DNA of 47,265 bases. Source: a virus (taxonomy: Duplodnaviria > Caudoviricetes). Positions within the stretch are counted from its first letter, which is position 1. The number at the start of each line of letters is the position of its first letter. Below are positions 17,078-26,120 of this stretch, in pieces. The translations under genes were made by a program, and so were the position numbers. Under the pieces are notes generated by a model. That model ran no database searches, was not told the DNA's origin, and was given only the letters and a program-made list of their open reading frames with translations. Location: the IMG/VR virus record IMGVR_UViG_3300011443_000007, positions 1-47,265 of that record. The stretch is one strand, 5' to 3'.

Positions 17078-17962
17078 ATGACAACAATTGTTTCCGGTGC
17101 GGATTACTTGTCCCTGCCCCGTAGCCCTGAGACGTGGCTGGTTGAGCCCCTCATCCCCGTCGGGGGAGCGGCGCTGATTTACGGCGACCCGAAAGCCGGT
17201 AAATCCTACGCAGCCCTCCAGCTGGCGTTGTCTCTACAAGCTGGAAGTGAATGGCTGGGTTTTCATATTCCACGCCCAGTTCGCCCAATCTATATTCAGC
17301 TAGACACGCCTCGATCCCTGTGGGCAGATAGGTTAGAGACCCTAACTCGTCATGGGACGATGGGTATTGACTCTCTCCTGTTTGGCGATCTCGGAACATT
17401 CGATACATGGCCCTTTGATATCCTTAACCCTTTACATGCTGAGTTACTCGCCAGGGCTGTAAAGGAAACCCAAGCCGATGTTGTGTTCATCGATACGTTG
17501 AGAGAGTGCCATTCGGGGGAGGAGAACGACTCTACCACGATGAAGGCGGTGATGTCAAGCTTAATCGCAGCCTGCCACCCCGCGGCGATGGTGTTGATCC
17601 ATCATAGTAAAAAGCCGAGCGTTGACCGTAATGGAAATCCAGTACCCATCGACCTTCTTAACGACGCAAGAGGAGGATACATCGTCGGGAAAATGGACGC
17701 CATTGTTCGCGTCACTGGGAACCCAGTAGGTAAACTCGACTTCATCGGTCGGTCGATAGAACAGGACTCTCTCCCCCTGGAACGGGTCAGCGATGGGACC
17801 TGGAAAGTCCTCGGCACGGAGTATGATCATTGGCTCCCCTCGGTGATGGCGAATGGCAACCTCAACTCCATCGAGGCTAAGGCGCAAGCCTTAGCCGACC
17901 TTACTTCCCGACCTGTTTGCCTTTGCCGGCCACAGATACGACGGGCTTGGCAGACAAGCTGA
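17078..17962 (+). CDS. RepA-like SF4 helicase (AAA_25), no primase domain
   Basis: WLVEPLIP, GDPKAGKS, VFIDTL and LIHHSKK motifs. Confidence 0.85.
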   Translation: MTTIVSGADYLSLPRSPETWLVEPLIPVGGAALIYGDPKAGKSYAALQLALSLQAGSEWLGFHIPRPVRPIYIQLDTPRSLWADRLETLTRHGTMGIDSLLFGDLGTFDTWPFDILNPLHAELLARAVKETQADVVFIDTLRECHSGEENDSTTMKAVMSSLIAACHPAAMVLIHHSKKPSVDRNGNPVPIDLLNDARGGYIVGKMDAIVRVTGNPVGKLDFIGRSIEQDSLPLERVSDGTWKVLGTEYDHWLPSVMANGNLNSIEAKAQALADLTSRPVCLCRPQIRRAWQTS

Positions 17963-18194
17963 GCTCGTAGACCTTCCCCCGCTCGACCAATCCCAACAAC
18001 GCCTTGCCTATCGTCCCGGACACCTGCTGGCAGTAGCCGGCGGTCTCCACCGTCCCATCAGCCGTATCCTTCCACGTCACCCCACCATCGTTCGACACCT
18101 GCTTCTTAGTCAGGGTCGGCTTCTTGTCGAAGATGAAGTACTGCTCCCCCGAACCGAACTCCGACTTCTCCCGGATTACGTAAAGTTTCATCAC
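17901..18194 (-). CDS. Hypothetical protein
   Basis: GGAG RBS; coupled to the upstream gene. Confidence 0.55.
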   Translation of the reverse strand: MMKLYVIREKSEFGSGEQYFIFDKKPTLTKKQVSNDGGVTWKDTADGTVETAGYCQQVSGTIGKALLGLVERGKVYELSLSAKPVVSVAGKGKQVGK

Positions 18195-18412
18195 CGTCTC
18201 CCTTCCAGGCAGGGTTCCTCGACGCGGGTGATCACCGTATCGTAAACCGGCTGCGGGGCCTTGACGATGACTTCAACCTCGGTTGAGACGACGCGATGGA
18301 TGCTCCCCTTCTGGGCAGTGGCCTTGGTGACCGCGGCCTTGGCTGCTTCCTCGGCATCATCGTAGAACGGCCCAACTCCAGGGCCACGGACGATGTAGTA
18401 TTGTCTTTTCAT
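18191..18412 (-). CDS. Hypothetical protein
   Basis: Strong TAAGGAGG RBS. Confidence 0.6.
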   Translation of the reverse strand: MKRQYYIVRGPGVGPFYDDAEEAAKAAVTKATAQKGSIHRVVSTEVEVIVKAPQPVYDTVITRVEEPCLEGRR

Positions 18413-18454
18413 GCGATGGGCCTCCTTAGCCCTTGACAGGTGTGATATAATAGA

Positions 18455-18670
18455 ACAAAGAAAACGGAAAGGGCGCTCCTGGCCCGCAGTCCAAAACGGA
18501 GGGCTGTGTCGGTATCGGAGACCGACGTTGAGAGATTATTGATCCAACCTGATGAGGCCCGTTCAACGGCTTGCGCCTCCCGCGCCTCCCAGAGTTCTCC
18601 CTATCCCCGCACGTCTGCGGGACCAAGTCTTTAGTTCGAGACCATCACCAAGGTCCGCTTGGCGCGGGAT
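18455..18670. ncRNA. Candidate structured non-coding RNA
   Basis: Intergenic; 9-bp closing stem 18578-18586/18661-18669 enclosing three hairpins, plus two further hairpins. Confidence 0.35.
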
Positions 18671-18690
18671 TTTATACGGGTCCGATGGTG

Positions 18691-19041
18691 TCACTTGACA
18701 CGGGGGCCGGGGGCTTGGGCCTTCGGCCCCGCCCCCTCATCTTGGGCGTCCCTCAACATGCGCTCAAGCACTTTTAGAACTGACGGGGTAATGCTAGGGT
18801 AATAACCAACGCTCTGCCCTTTCCTCCTTGCTTCGATGAGCGCCCGCTCACGTTCCACAAACGCAATCAACTGCACCTGCACTGGCTCCTGTGCGCGAAG
18901 GGCGTCACGAGCCTCAGCAATGGCGAACACAGCCGTTACCGCATCCATCCTGTCCGACCAGTTCGGAATTACTTTGTAGATAAGGTCGATTGCTGCGTCC
19001 AACTTGTCTCGCAGGCTCAGGCTCCGTGTCTCAGACATCAC
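18691..19041 (-). CDS. Hypothetical protein
   Basis: Member of a chain of coupled small ORFs. Confidence 0.5.
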   Translation of the reverse strand: MMSETRSLSLRDKLDAAIDLIYKVIPNWSDRMDAVTAVFAIAEARDALRAQEPVQVQLIAFVERERALIEARRKGQSVGYYPSITPSVLKVLERMLRDAQDEGAGPKAQAPGPRVK

Positions 19042-19189
19042 TTCCCTCTAACTTTTCTACCCGCCAGAATTTCAGGGCATACACGCAGCCAACACAATAC
19101 CGTCGCCAGTATTCATGGTCGCTTATCTCGAAACGCCACATCGGGTAGTAGCCGACTATCCACGGGCGTCCAAACAACAGGAACTTCAT
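19031..19189 (-). CDS. Small aromatic-rich hypothetical protein
   Basis: AGGAG RBS. Confidence 0.45.
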   Translation of the reverse strand: MKFLLFGRPWIVGYYPMWRFEISDHEYWRRYCVGCVYALKFWRVEKLEGSDV

Positions 19190-19190
19190 C

Positions 19191-19784
19191 TCACTTCTCC
19201 TGTCTCGCTCGAATGGCCGCCGCAATCTTGTCCTGTGCTGATTTGAAGCCGCGACGATGCGGGTCTACAGGCAAGCCGTCGAACATCGCGGTCTCGGCTA
19301 TCCGCGCATCCTCTTCCCTGACTTGATGGGCGATTCGTTCGATAAGCTCAATACGACCATTGCCGTTGTCGTTTGGAAACCCAACTACCCTGTCCACAGC
19401 ATCTAACTGCCGTTGTAGACAGGCCAGTTGCTTCTCATACCCCTTGGCGAGGGTGGTGAGGGCGGATTCGATGAGTGGGGCCAACTGCTCAACATGCTCA
19501 TTCGTCCACTTTGCTGCCGTCTCTTCAGCTAACTGGCGTCTCGACGTGTCGGTCTGGGTCATGGCTTCCACTTCCTTCTCACGAGCAGCCCAATACTCTC
19601 GGTCAGCTTTCGTATCGAGTTTCCGCGTCAGCTTGGTCTGGATCATAGGGTTGCACTTCGTGCATTTGCAAGGAACCATCTCGGCATCCCCGCCTTTGCA
19701 GCCGTCGCCGCAGAATCCGCCACTATCGATAGGAAACCCACACGTCTTGCAGTTGGGAAATGGTCCGTGTTTGGTCTGGGTCAT
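19191..19784 (-). CDS. Mosaic hypothetical protein with Cys-rich N-terminus
   Basis: ATGA coupling; three internal M(T/I)QT repeats. Confidence 0.55.
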   Translation of the reverse strand: MTQTKHGPFPNCKTCGFPIDSGGFCGDGCKGGDAEMVPCKCTKCNPMIQTKLTRKLDTKADREYWAAREKEVEAMTQTDTSRRQLAEETAAKWTNEHVEQLAPLIESALTTLAKGYEKQLACLQRQLDAVDRVVGFPNDNGNGRIELIERIAHQVREEDARIAETAMFDGLPVDPHRRGFKSAQDKIAAAIRARQEK

Positions 19785-19984
19785 GGGTGGGTTACCTCTA
19801 ACTCTGGCAACAGAAACTCGATGTTGCCGGGATGCCCGCCTATCGATTTTGCAAACGGCGGAGGCGTCCAACTTGCTTCGTCGTCTTGGTCAAGGTCGCA
19901 CCACGCATTCCATTCGTCACGGTGCTCAGCCTCAACGAGATACCAATGTGAGTCTTGGTCGGTGTCGAGGAAATACTTCTTCAT
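19781..19984 (-). CDS. Small acidic hypothetical protein
   Basis: GGAG RBS; ATGA overlaps. Confidence 0.55.
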   Translation of the reverse strand: MKKYFLDTDQDSHWYLVEAEHRDEWNAWCDLDQDDEASWTPPPFAKSIGGHPGNIEFLLPELEVTHP

Positions 19985-20439
19985 GGCGTCTCCGTGGCAT
20001 CGAGGACCGATTTCGCGCTTGCCTGTTCGCCGCTTGGCGTCTCGTGTTGCCGGATGATGCGCCGCGCTGATTCGTGCCGCGATTCGCCCGGCACCTTGTT
20101 CGCCACTTCGTAGAGCAGTTCGTGATACAGCGCTTTGTAATCCGGCGTCTCAGTAGGCGTGGCATCGAGGAGGGCCAGAACGTCGTCCAGTCGAACAACT
20201 GTTTGCCCTTCCCACTCTGGTTCACGATAACGGTGGTCGTGGATGTCGCGTAAATCGTTGGGGAAATCGTTCTGGGATAACTGCTCAATCTGCGCTCGCA
20301 AGGAGGTGGCCTCTGGGGTGGCCCCTGCCTCCTCCTCCTGTTGCGTATGGCAAGGACAATCGCACGTCCACGGCGGGACCGCGTTCGCATGTCTCGCCAT
20401 ACAACACAGTCCACGGTCCTGTTGGGGTGTGCTCGTCAT
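19981..20439 (-). CDS. Mosaic hypothetical protein
   Basis: Coupled ORF; repeated LDAT(PT)ETP linker. Confidence 0.5.
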   Translation of the reverse strand: MTSTPQQDRGLCCMARHANAVPPWTCDCPCHTQQEEEAGATPEATSLRAQIEQLSQNDFPNDLRDIHDHRYREPEWEGQTVVRLDDVLALLDATPTETPDYKALYHELLYEVANKVPGESRHESARRIIRQHETPSGEQASAKSVLDATETP

Positions 20440-20443
20440 CGCT

Positions 20444-21490
20444 TTAGCCTTTCAGCCGCTCCTGGTAGGGTTTCGCTGATGGGCGATCTAGTTTGAGGAA
20501 GGCTTCCTTGAAGTTGGTGATGTCCTGGACAGATTCCGAATCCGCCTTCCGTTTCAAGAACTTCGCCACGGTATCGATGTACTGGTGTTGTTCGATGGAC
20601 TCGATCGCCCGGGGGCAGTGAATCGCCCGGAGATGGGTGATGGCGTCCGCTGCCCCGTATTCGGGATTGCAGACCATCATCAGGCATACGGCTGTTGTGC
20701 CGGAGCGACCATGACCCCCTTGACAGTTCGTGACGACCTTGCCTTTCAGGACCGATGCCAGTGCCAGCCAGAATTCCGGCTTGACATTCGGCGCTTTCCG
20801 GTCATCCCAGTTGATCTTAATCACCTGCGGGCCAGTAAACGCCGCGGTGGTGTAGGAGTCGAGGGCATCCACCATCCATTCCGGGCCGGTCAAGATGCTC
20901 TTGGACCGGGTGGCGTACATGTCGGAGATCACATCCCCGCAGTCGATCACGAAGTCGAAGGATTCCTTGTGCTTCCTGACACCCTCGGCGTCGGCGATGA
21001 ACAGGTCGAAAGCGTCGTGGATCTGCACTTTCTTGTTCATCAACCGGGATGCAGCGAAGAGTGGCTTGGCCGCAGGGTCATGGTGACACCACTGGGATAG
21101 CGAACCCCCTGAGCTGATGAGCTTGGGAGTGGCGCTCCCGCTGGCGATGGACCCTCCCCATCCCGATGCCCTTCCAGGCGATCCCGGCAGCTCGGTGTGG
21201 GGTGTCAGGTTGAACCGGACCAGTTCGCCCGACTTGCGCTTGATGACCCAGTAGAGCAGGTCATCCAGCACGTAAGGGAATACCGGCCCGGTTGGGAGAT
21301 TGGGTTGAGTTGATGTCACTGGTAGCGTCTCCTTGAGTGATGCGGATAATGAGCCTTGATCGTACGCCGGATCCATCGGCGCGTGGGTATCGAGTGAGGT
21401 GATGGTGTGATCGACGTCACAGTTGTGACAGTGATACACCCCCGCACCGGGGATCCATTGGAGATAGTAAGAACACTCTGGGCACTTCAT
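20444..21490 (-). CDS. Dual-specificity/tyrosine phosphatase (CX5R) with N-terminal Zn ribbon
   Basis: WDD general-acid loop, CQGGHGRSGT P-loop, R...CPRAIES.EQ; N-terminal CPEC...CHNC. Confidence 0.85.
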   Translation of the reverse strand: MKCPECSYYLQWIPGAGVYHCHNCDVDHTITSLDTHAPMDPAYDQGSLSASLKETLPVTSTQPNLPTGPVFPYVLDDLLYWVIKRKSGELVRFNLTPHTELPGSPGRASGWGGSIASGSATPKLISSGGSLSQWCHHDPAAKPLFAASRLMNKKVQIHDAFDLFIADAEGVRKHKESFDFVIDCGDVISDMYATRSKSILTGPEWMVDALDSYTTAAFTGPQVIKINWDDRKAPNVKPEFWLALASVLKGKVVTNCQGGHGRSGTTAVCLMMVCNPEYGAADAITHLRAIHCPRAIESIEQHQYIDTVAKFLKRKADSESVQDITNFKEAFLKLDRPSAKPYQERLKG

Positions 21491-21494
21491 TGGG

Positions 21495-23387
21495 CTACTC
21501 CCCAAGCAATGCCTGTTCGGTCCAGATCATCTTCTTGACCCCGTTCTTGTGCCGCAGTTCGACCCCCCATCCGGTCGGAGTTGGGATGACGTAGAAGGTT
21601 CCGCCGATTGCCTTGGCAAGGGCCGCGGTGCTGATCTCAATCGTTTTCTCCATCCCCTTCAAGCCGCGGGGTTTGACCCTCAGCACCATCGCCGGGATTG
21701 GGGGAAGGTGCTCGACCTTTGCGGTATCCAGGCGGAGGGGGGTGAATCCCGTCACGGGCCACGATGCCCATTCGTTCTGCCGTTTGTCGATGTACGGGGC
21801 AGTAGTGGCCTGGTAGATGGAGTTGAAGGCCAGCATCGTTGGTACGCCGGTAAGGATGTGATGGAGCGACCCGGTTTGAATCGCCGTGAACATCTCCTCC
21901 CCTGTGAACTTGTTCATCCACCATCCCCCATTGTGGGCCTGGTCGACGGCGACATTCAGCGCCCGGATCAGTTTCTGCACAGGCTCAGGACCAGGTTCGC
22001 GGGCGAGCTCCGATACGGCGTTGAACAGGGGCATGAGAGATGCCCCACAACGGGCCCACTTCTCTCCGCCGATCGATCCACCGTTGAAGCCATAGCGGAG
22101 GATGTTGGTCAGGCGATTGCACCTGGCTCGGTGTCTCGATAACGTGAAGGGGTAGCAGCGATGATACACCTCCGACCGTTCCAGCTTCTGCTTGACGTGC
22201 GGATGGGGGAAGTATCCGACCACATGCCGGGCTTCACCGGAGAGGGCGACTGAACCGAACCGGAGCATCATCGAGGCAGCAAGGCCCAGCCACTTGCCGT
22301 TCTCGCCACCCATCGCGGATGCGTTGTAGAGTGCCGTGAGCATGAGGGCGATTTGTGATCCGGTTTTGCCAGAGGGGATGTCCATCTTCTCCCCCGCAAC
22401 TAGGCCCTTCAGCACGGCGAGGGGATCGGGGATCACATCCTCGGATTCTTTTTCGAGCACATCGCCTGGTGTCAGTTGACGCCCATCGAGCACAACTGGG
22501 ATCCCAAACGTCCGAGCGTGGACAGTGTAGTGATCCGTGAAGGAACCCCCGGGATGGTTCACGACGATGCCGAGAGTCTCGGAATGAGCTTTGATCACCC
22601 GCTCCCACTCAAGAAGGGAACCCTTCGCTTCCAGGACCTTCTCCACCGTCACCGTGGATGGGATGTAGTTCGCGGTGATCGCACCCATCCTTGGACCCGA
22701 CCGGAGCTGGGTGAAGTAGATCGTATCCCACTCCCCGGCGACGATCTCCATATACGGATCATCGTTCGGTGGGATCTCCGCTGCGGTGAGGAGCTTGGAT
22801 GGGAGATGCTCTCGCATCAACGGAATCGACACCGTATCGGACCCGTTCGTGGCCCCGTCGTTCCCCTTGCCGGCGGTGATGGATGTCGGGGTCCAGACAA
22901 CGTTCCATTTCGGCTTGGGGACGGGCTCCATCACCATCACCTCACCGTTCGGATCCGCCGCGAGGGTCTCGGTGAGCATCGCCTTCAGCTCATCGGAGGT
23001 GGTGATCACCTTACTGTCCACGAATCCGTGTCTGGGCGTGAGCGGGCACGGGCGGGCGAAGTAATCGCGGGGGAATCCAACCTTGACCATCCCATCCAGC
23101 GCAGTCAGGAACCCGTACACGCCTGGGACGCTGACCCCGTGGCTTGAGCCAATCCCGTGCTTTTTCAGGGCGATGACCCCTTTCCCCTTCTGCGTACGGG
23201 GGGTGAGGGACCATCCCGGGACGACCGCTGGGGTGGCCTCGTCCTGGATCTGCTGCCAGGTTTTGGTGATCTTCCCCGTCGCCGCATCGATCAGGTAATG
23301 CCCGTAATCCTTCTCGCACGCGTGGCATTTTTTGTGATTCCCACACCACGAACCGCCGCAGTTGAAGCACTTCGCTTGTGTGCCCAT
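21495..23387 (-). CDS. PPDK/PEP-synthase-like phosphotransferase: ATP-grasp-like + phospho-His swivel + unassigned C-terminal domain
   Basis: FARPCP..RHGFVDS and YFTQLR (ATP-grasp-like); GGSFTDHYTVHARTFGIP resembles the GGxTSHAAIVARxxGIP swivel motif. Confidence 0.75.
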   Translation of the reverse strand: MGTQAKCFNCGGSWCGNHKKCHACEKDYGHYLIDAATGKITKTWQQIQDEATPAVVPGWSLTPRTQKGKGVIALKKHGIGSSHGVSVPGVYGFLTALDGMVKVGFPRDYFARPCPLTPRHGFVDSKVITTSDELKAMLTETLAADPNGEVMVMEPVPKPKWNVVWTPTSITAGKGNDGATNGSDTVSIPLMREHLPSKLLTAAEIPPNDDPYMEIVAGEWDTIYFTQLRSGPRMGAITANYIPSTVTVEKVLEAKGSLLEWERVIKAHSETLGIVVNHPGGSFTDHYTVHARTFGIPVVLDGRQLTPGDVLEKESEDVIPDPLAVLKGLVAGEKMDIPSGKTGSQIALMLTALYNASAMGGENGKWLGLAASMMLRFGSVALSGEARHVVGYFPHPHVKQKLERSEVYHRCYPFTLSRHRARCNRLTNILRYGFNGGSIGGEKWARCGASLMPLFNAVSELAREPGPEPVQKLIRALNVAVDQAHNGGWWMNKFTGEEMFTAIQTGSLHHILTGVPTMLAFNSIYQATTAPYIDKRQNEWASWPVTGFTPLRLDTAKVEHLPPIPAMVLRVKPRGLKGMEKTIEISTAALAKAIGGTFYVIPTPTGWGVELRHKNGVKKMIWTEQALLGE

Positions 23388-23393
23388 CTGTTG

Positions 23394-23603
23394 TTATCTC
23401 CTTCTTTTCTTGTAGATGAGGTAAACCGCCTCGACACCCACCAGGTCCGGGTAAATGCGCCGGTCCGTCGGTGATGGAGTGACCGTTGACATGAACAGAT
23501 TCGTTGTCTCCTTGTACGTATCCCCGTCACCGAGCATCGCGGCCCGATGCGCCCCACATACCCAGGCGGGGATGTAAGTCATCGTCACCGGCGGCCGGTC
23601 CAT
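23394..23603 (-). CDS. Small hypothetical protein
   Basis: TAATG coupling. Confidence 0.5.
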   Translation of the reverse strand: MDRPPVTMTYIPAWVCGAHRAAMLGDGDTYKETTNLFMSTVTPSPTDRRIYPDLVGVEAVYLIYKKRRR

Positions 23604-23995
23604 TACTTCGCACCCGATCCGGGCTTGATCGGTTGGTAGACAACCTCTACCGATTCGATCTCATCCACCAGCGGCTGCGGGAGGGTGATCGAGAGCAGGT
23701 CGACGGGGATCGAGAAGTGAATCCCATCGGCCTGGGTGACACCCTTCCCGCCACCTTCCTTCTCCAACCGGCGATGGGCGAAGTTGATCCAGTTCGGCAC
23801 TGGGCCGGCGGGTGAGTATTTGGTGATGACGATTTCTTTCTTGTTATCTGTTTTCATCTCCTCCGCTTCCTTTGCGGCGGCATCGAGCCCCGCGGCGCTG
23901 AAGATGTCCTCACACTGATCGCACTCCCACCATTCGTCGTATCCCACACACGGGAAGAGGGTGTCAAGGCCACAGGTCGGACACTTGGTGTACAT
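23603..23995 (-). CDS. Zn-finger-containing hypothetical protein
   Basis: CPTC...CDQC; a second GGAG-ATG start is possible internally. Confidence 0.5.
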   Translation of the reverse strand: MYTKCPTCGLDTLFPCVGYDEWWECDQCEDIFSAAGLDAAAKEAEEMKTDNKKEIVITKYSPAGPVPNWINFAHRRLEKEGGGKGVTQADGIHFSIPVDLLSITLPQPLVDEIESVEVVYQPIKPGSGAK

Positions 23996-23999
23996 CGGT

Positions 24000-24263
24000 C
24001 TAACTCCCGTGATACGGGTCAGTGAGGGTGTGGGGTTTCAGGGCGATCCATATCTCATCCACCCCGCCGAGGACGAAGAATCGGGACCGATCCATGTCCT
24101 CGATCTTCAAGTGCATGACGACGTTTCCATCCTTATCCAGGGTGACCGACCCCCGGCCCAGGTGCGCGACTTGAGCGAGCAGATATGGCACTTCCGGCCA
24201 GAGGGTAGATGTCGAGAACTTCATCTTCGGCTCGGGCATCGCAGCGGTTGTGTCGATGATCAT
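24000..24263 (-). CDS. Hypothetical protein
   Basis: Coupled to the RapZ-like gene. Confidence 0.45.
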   Translation of the reverse strand: MIIDTTAAMPEPKMKFSTSTLWPEVPYLLAQVAHLGRGSVTLDKDGNVVMHLKIEDMDRSRFFVLGGVDEIWIALKPHTLTDPYHGS

Positions 24264-24646
24264 CACGTCCCCGCTACGTGGAGGAAGGAGTGATGGGACT
24301 TGGCGACGGCGTATCCGTTTGCATCGAGGTCCGCGAGAGCCAGCTCGACCATCGCGGTGGAGATCCACTTACCGTGATAGTCGTGGAAGGCGATGGTTGT
24401 CCAGTTCTGGCGCTCGGCTGCGATCATCCGGATGGCGTGTAGGATCGGCTCGACGCGGGGATCCTTGATGAGGAAATCCTGGACTTCCTTATCCCGCCCA
24501 TCCTTCCCGCGAAGGTGATGCTGCCCGATGGGGTCGCGTAGGCGGGAACAGTCAACCCGCCAGTGGAAGATGATCTGTGGCGTCGGCCGGGAGGTCGGGA
24601 TTGAGTACAACCCGACCTTCGCAAGCCCGATGGTTGTGATTGGCAT
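24263..24646 (-). CDS. RapZ C-terminal-domain-like protein, degenerate copy
   Basis: DCSRLRDP...LR..DG.D.EV..F, but DYHGKWIS replaces CxGGxHRS. Confidence 0.6.
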   Translation of the reverse strand: MPITTIGLAKVGLYSIPTSRPTPQIIFHWRVDCSRLRDPIGQHHLRGKDGRDKEVQDFLIKDPRVEPILHAIRMIAAERQNWTTIAFHDYHGKWISTAMVELALADLDANGYAVAKSHHSFLHVAGT

Positions 24647-24651
24647 GGTGA

Positions 24652-25122
24652 TCAGTATCCTAACCCGGCGAGATGCCGTTCAAGTTCTTGCTTCTTCTTG
24701 CCCTTCAGCAGGGTGAGGAAGTGCTTCCCCGCATGACCGTACGATCCCGACAACACCGATGAGTACTCAACCGTGCCGACATACGCGGTAGGGATGTTGA
24801 GGATCTCCGCAGCTTCCTGAAGATGTGTGAAGAAGTGATACCCATCGAACAAACCACCCGATGCGATAGTGAGAGGGTCAGGGAGCACGATTAGGTTGAG
24901 GTCCTGGTTGATCATCCCCCCAACCCTCATCACCTTCCGCAGCTTGCCGCGGATGACTGATGTGCCGTACCACTTGATCACCTCCGGGTGCTTGCAGTCA
25001 GGGCCTCGGAGGGCGACGATGACATCCCACTGCTGCTTAGGGGTGAACATCGCCCACTCGATCGGTGTCAGCGGCACCATCCTTCCTTCCCCCGTCGGCG
25101 GGGGGATGTCGTCAGTCGACAT
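24652..25122 (-). CDS. Unknown protein with WD-x4-LRGPD domain (paralogue B)
   Basis: Aligns by eye with 15948..16769. Confidence 0.65.
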   Translation of the reverse strand: MSTDDIPPPTGEGRMVPLTPIEWAMFTPKQQWDVIVALRGPDCKHPEVIKWYGTSVIRGKLRKVMRVGGMINQDLNLIVLPDPLTIASGGLFDGYHFFTHLQEAAEILNIPTAYVGTVEYSSVLSGSYGHAGKHFLTLLKGKKKQELERHLAGLGY

Positions 25123-25423
25123 GCTTCCAATCCTTTCCCGCCTTGAGTTGAGCGGTGATCTTCGCCTGATCCTTGAGCAGTGCTTCCTTCACCTGCGCCG
25201 GGGTGCGTTCCTTGAGCAGGTCGGGATGGGTGTCCATCTCCTTCCGAATCCGCTTCCCGATCTTGATCGATATCGTGATGTAATCGGGAGTGTCAGTTGA
25301 CTTCTTCCCTGAGTGGAGCCCAGCGGCCTCGATGTCATCGGCCAGGGCCAGGAACGGAGCGATCTCCTCCGGCTCCAGATGCACCTTCACCCCAGGGTAC
25401 TTGCCGCGTCGTTCGATCTTCAT
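25112..25423 (-). CDS. Basic hypothetical protein
   Basis: GGAG RBS; ATGA overlap. Confidence 0.55.
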   Translation of the reverse strand: MKIERRGKYPGVKVHLEPEEIAPFLALADDIEAAGLHSGKKSTDTPDYITISIKIGKRIRKEMDTHPDLLKERTPAQVKEALLKDQAKITAQLKAGKDWKHVD

Positions 25424-25566
25424 CGCTTCTCCAGTCCCTTGATGAGCAGATACATTCCCGACACGGCATAGGTGAGCTTGTCGATGGGGAATACGAACGA
25501 CAACATCCACACACCGACGCCGATGAAAAGGAGATCCAGCAGCAAGAGGATGATTATCATTGTCAT
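25420..25566 (-). CDS. Small two-TM membrane protein
   Basis: IIILLLLDLLFIGVGVWMLSFVF; ATGA overlaps. Confidence 0.55.
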   Translation of the reverse strand: MTMIIILLLLDLLFIGVGVWMLSFVFPIDKLTYAVSGMYLLIKGLEKR

Positions 25567-25850
25567 CGCCCCTTCCCATCCTTCCCGGGCCAGCCTGTGC
25601 CCTTGAGTGCGAACGACATCGCCCGTGGATGCCATTCCATCGGTTCGTTGCAAGCATCGCAGGTTGGCTGAACCGTCTGCACCAGCGGCGATTGCTCCGT
25701 CTCCTTGTGTGCCCCGCATCGGGGGCAGAGCCATTCCTTTATCACATGCACCCTCCTTTCAAAGATGGCGGCCTTGGGAACCTTCGGGATCTCTTCGGCG
25801 TTTACTGTGGTGATGGGGGATGGGGATTGAACCCATCCGCACGCGCTCAC
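25563..25850 (-). CDS. FmdB-like zinc-ribbon protein (true start probably later)
   Basis: CPRCG...CDAC..PM...F.LKGTGW pattern. Confidence 0.7.
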   Translation of the reverse strand: MSACGWVQSPSPITTVNAEEIPKVPKAAIFERRVHVIKEWLCPRCGAHKETEQSPLVQTVQPTCDACNEPMEWHPRAMSFALKGTGWPGKDGKGR

Positions 25851-25922
25851 AGACTCGCGGGGGAAGTCATGGGGATGGTGGGCACTCCACCCCCCGGCTT
25901 CTCCGGTGAATCTACCGAGTCA

Positions 25923-26120
25923 TCAATCCAACCCAAGATGGTTATGCGCCCTGATTAATGGTATCGCACCGCCCGAGTTGTTCACCTTTCGGTATCTCTT
26001 GTAACGTGCCCGTTCTGCTGCCTTGCGGCACTTGACACAGTATCGCGTGCCGGCGAATCGGGATTGGAAGAAGCGCCGACAGTCGTTGACCAATCTTGGA
26101 CACACGCGATACGATGCCAT
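25923..26120 (-). CDS. Small Cys-rich basic protein
   Basis: C-x6-C...YCVKC; TGATG coupling. Confidence 0.5.
   Translation of the reverse strand: MASYRVCPRLVNDCRRFFQSRFAGTRYCVKCRKAAERARYKRYRKVNNSGGAIPLIRAHNHLGLD

Noticed and set aside
18433-18451. TTGACA...TATAAT as a canonical -35/-10 pair
   Set aside because: Spacer is only 7 bp; at most an extended -10 promoter
18549-18580. CTGATGA as a hammerhead ribozyme core
   Set aside because: No GAAA follows the putative stem II
18578-18669. tRNA gene (contains GTTCGAG)
   Set aside because: Arm order and sizes do not fit a tRNA cloverleaf
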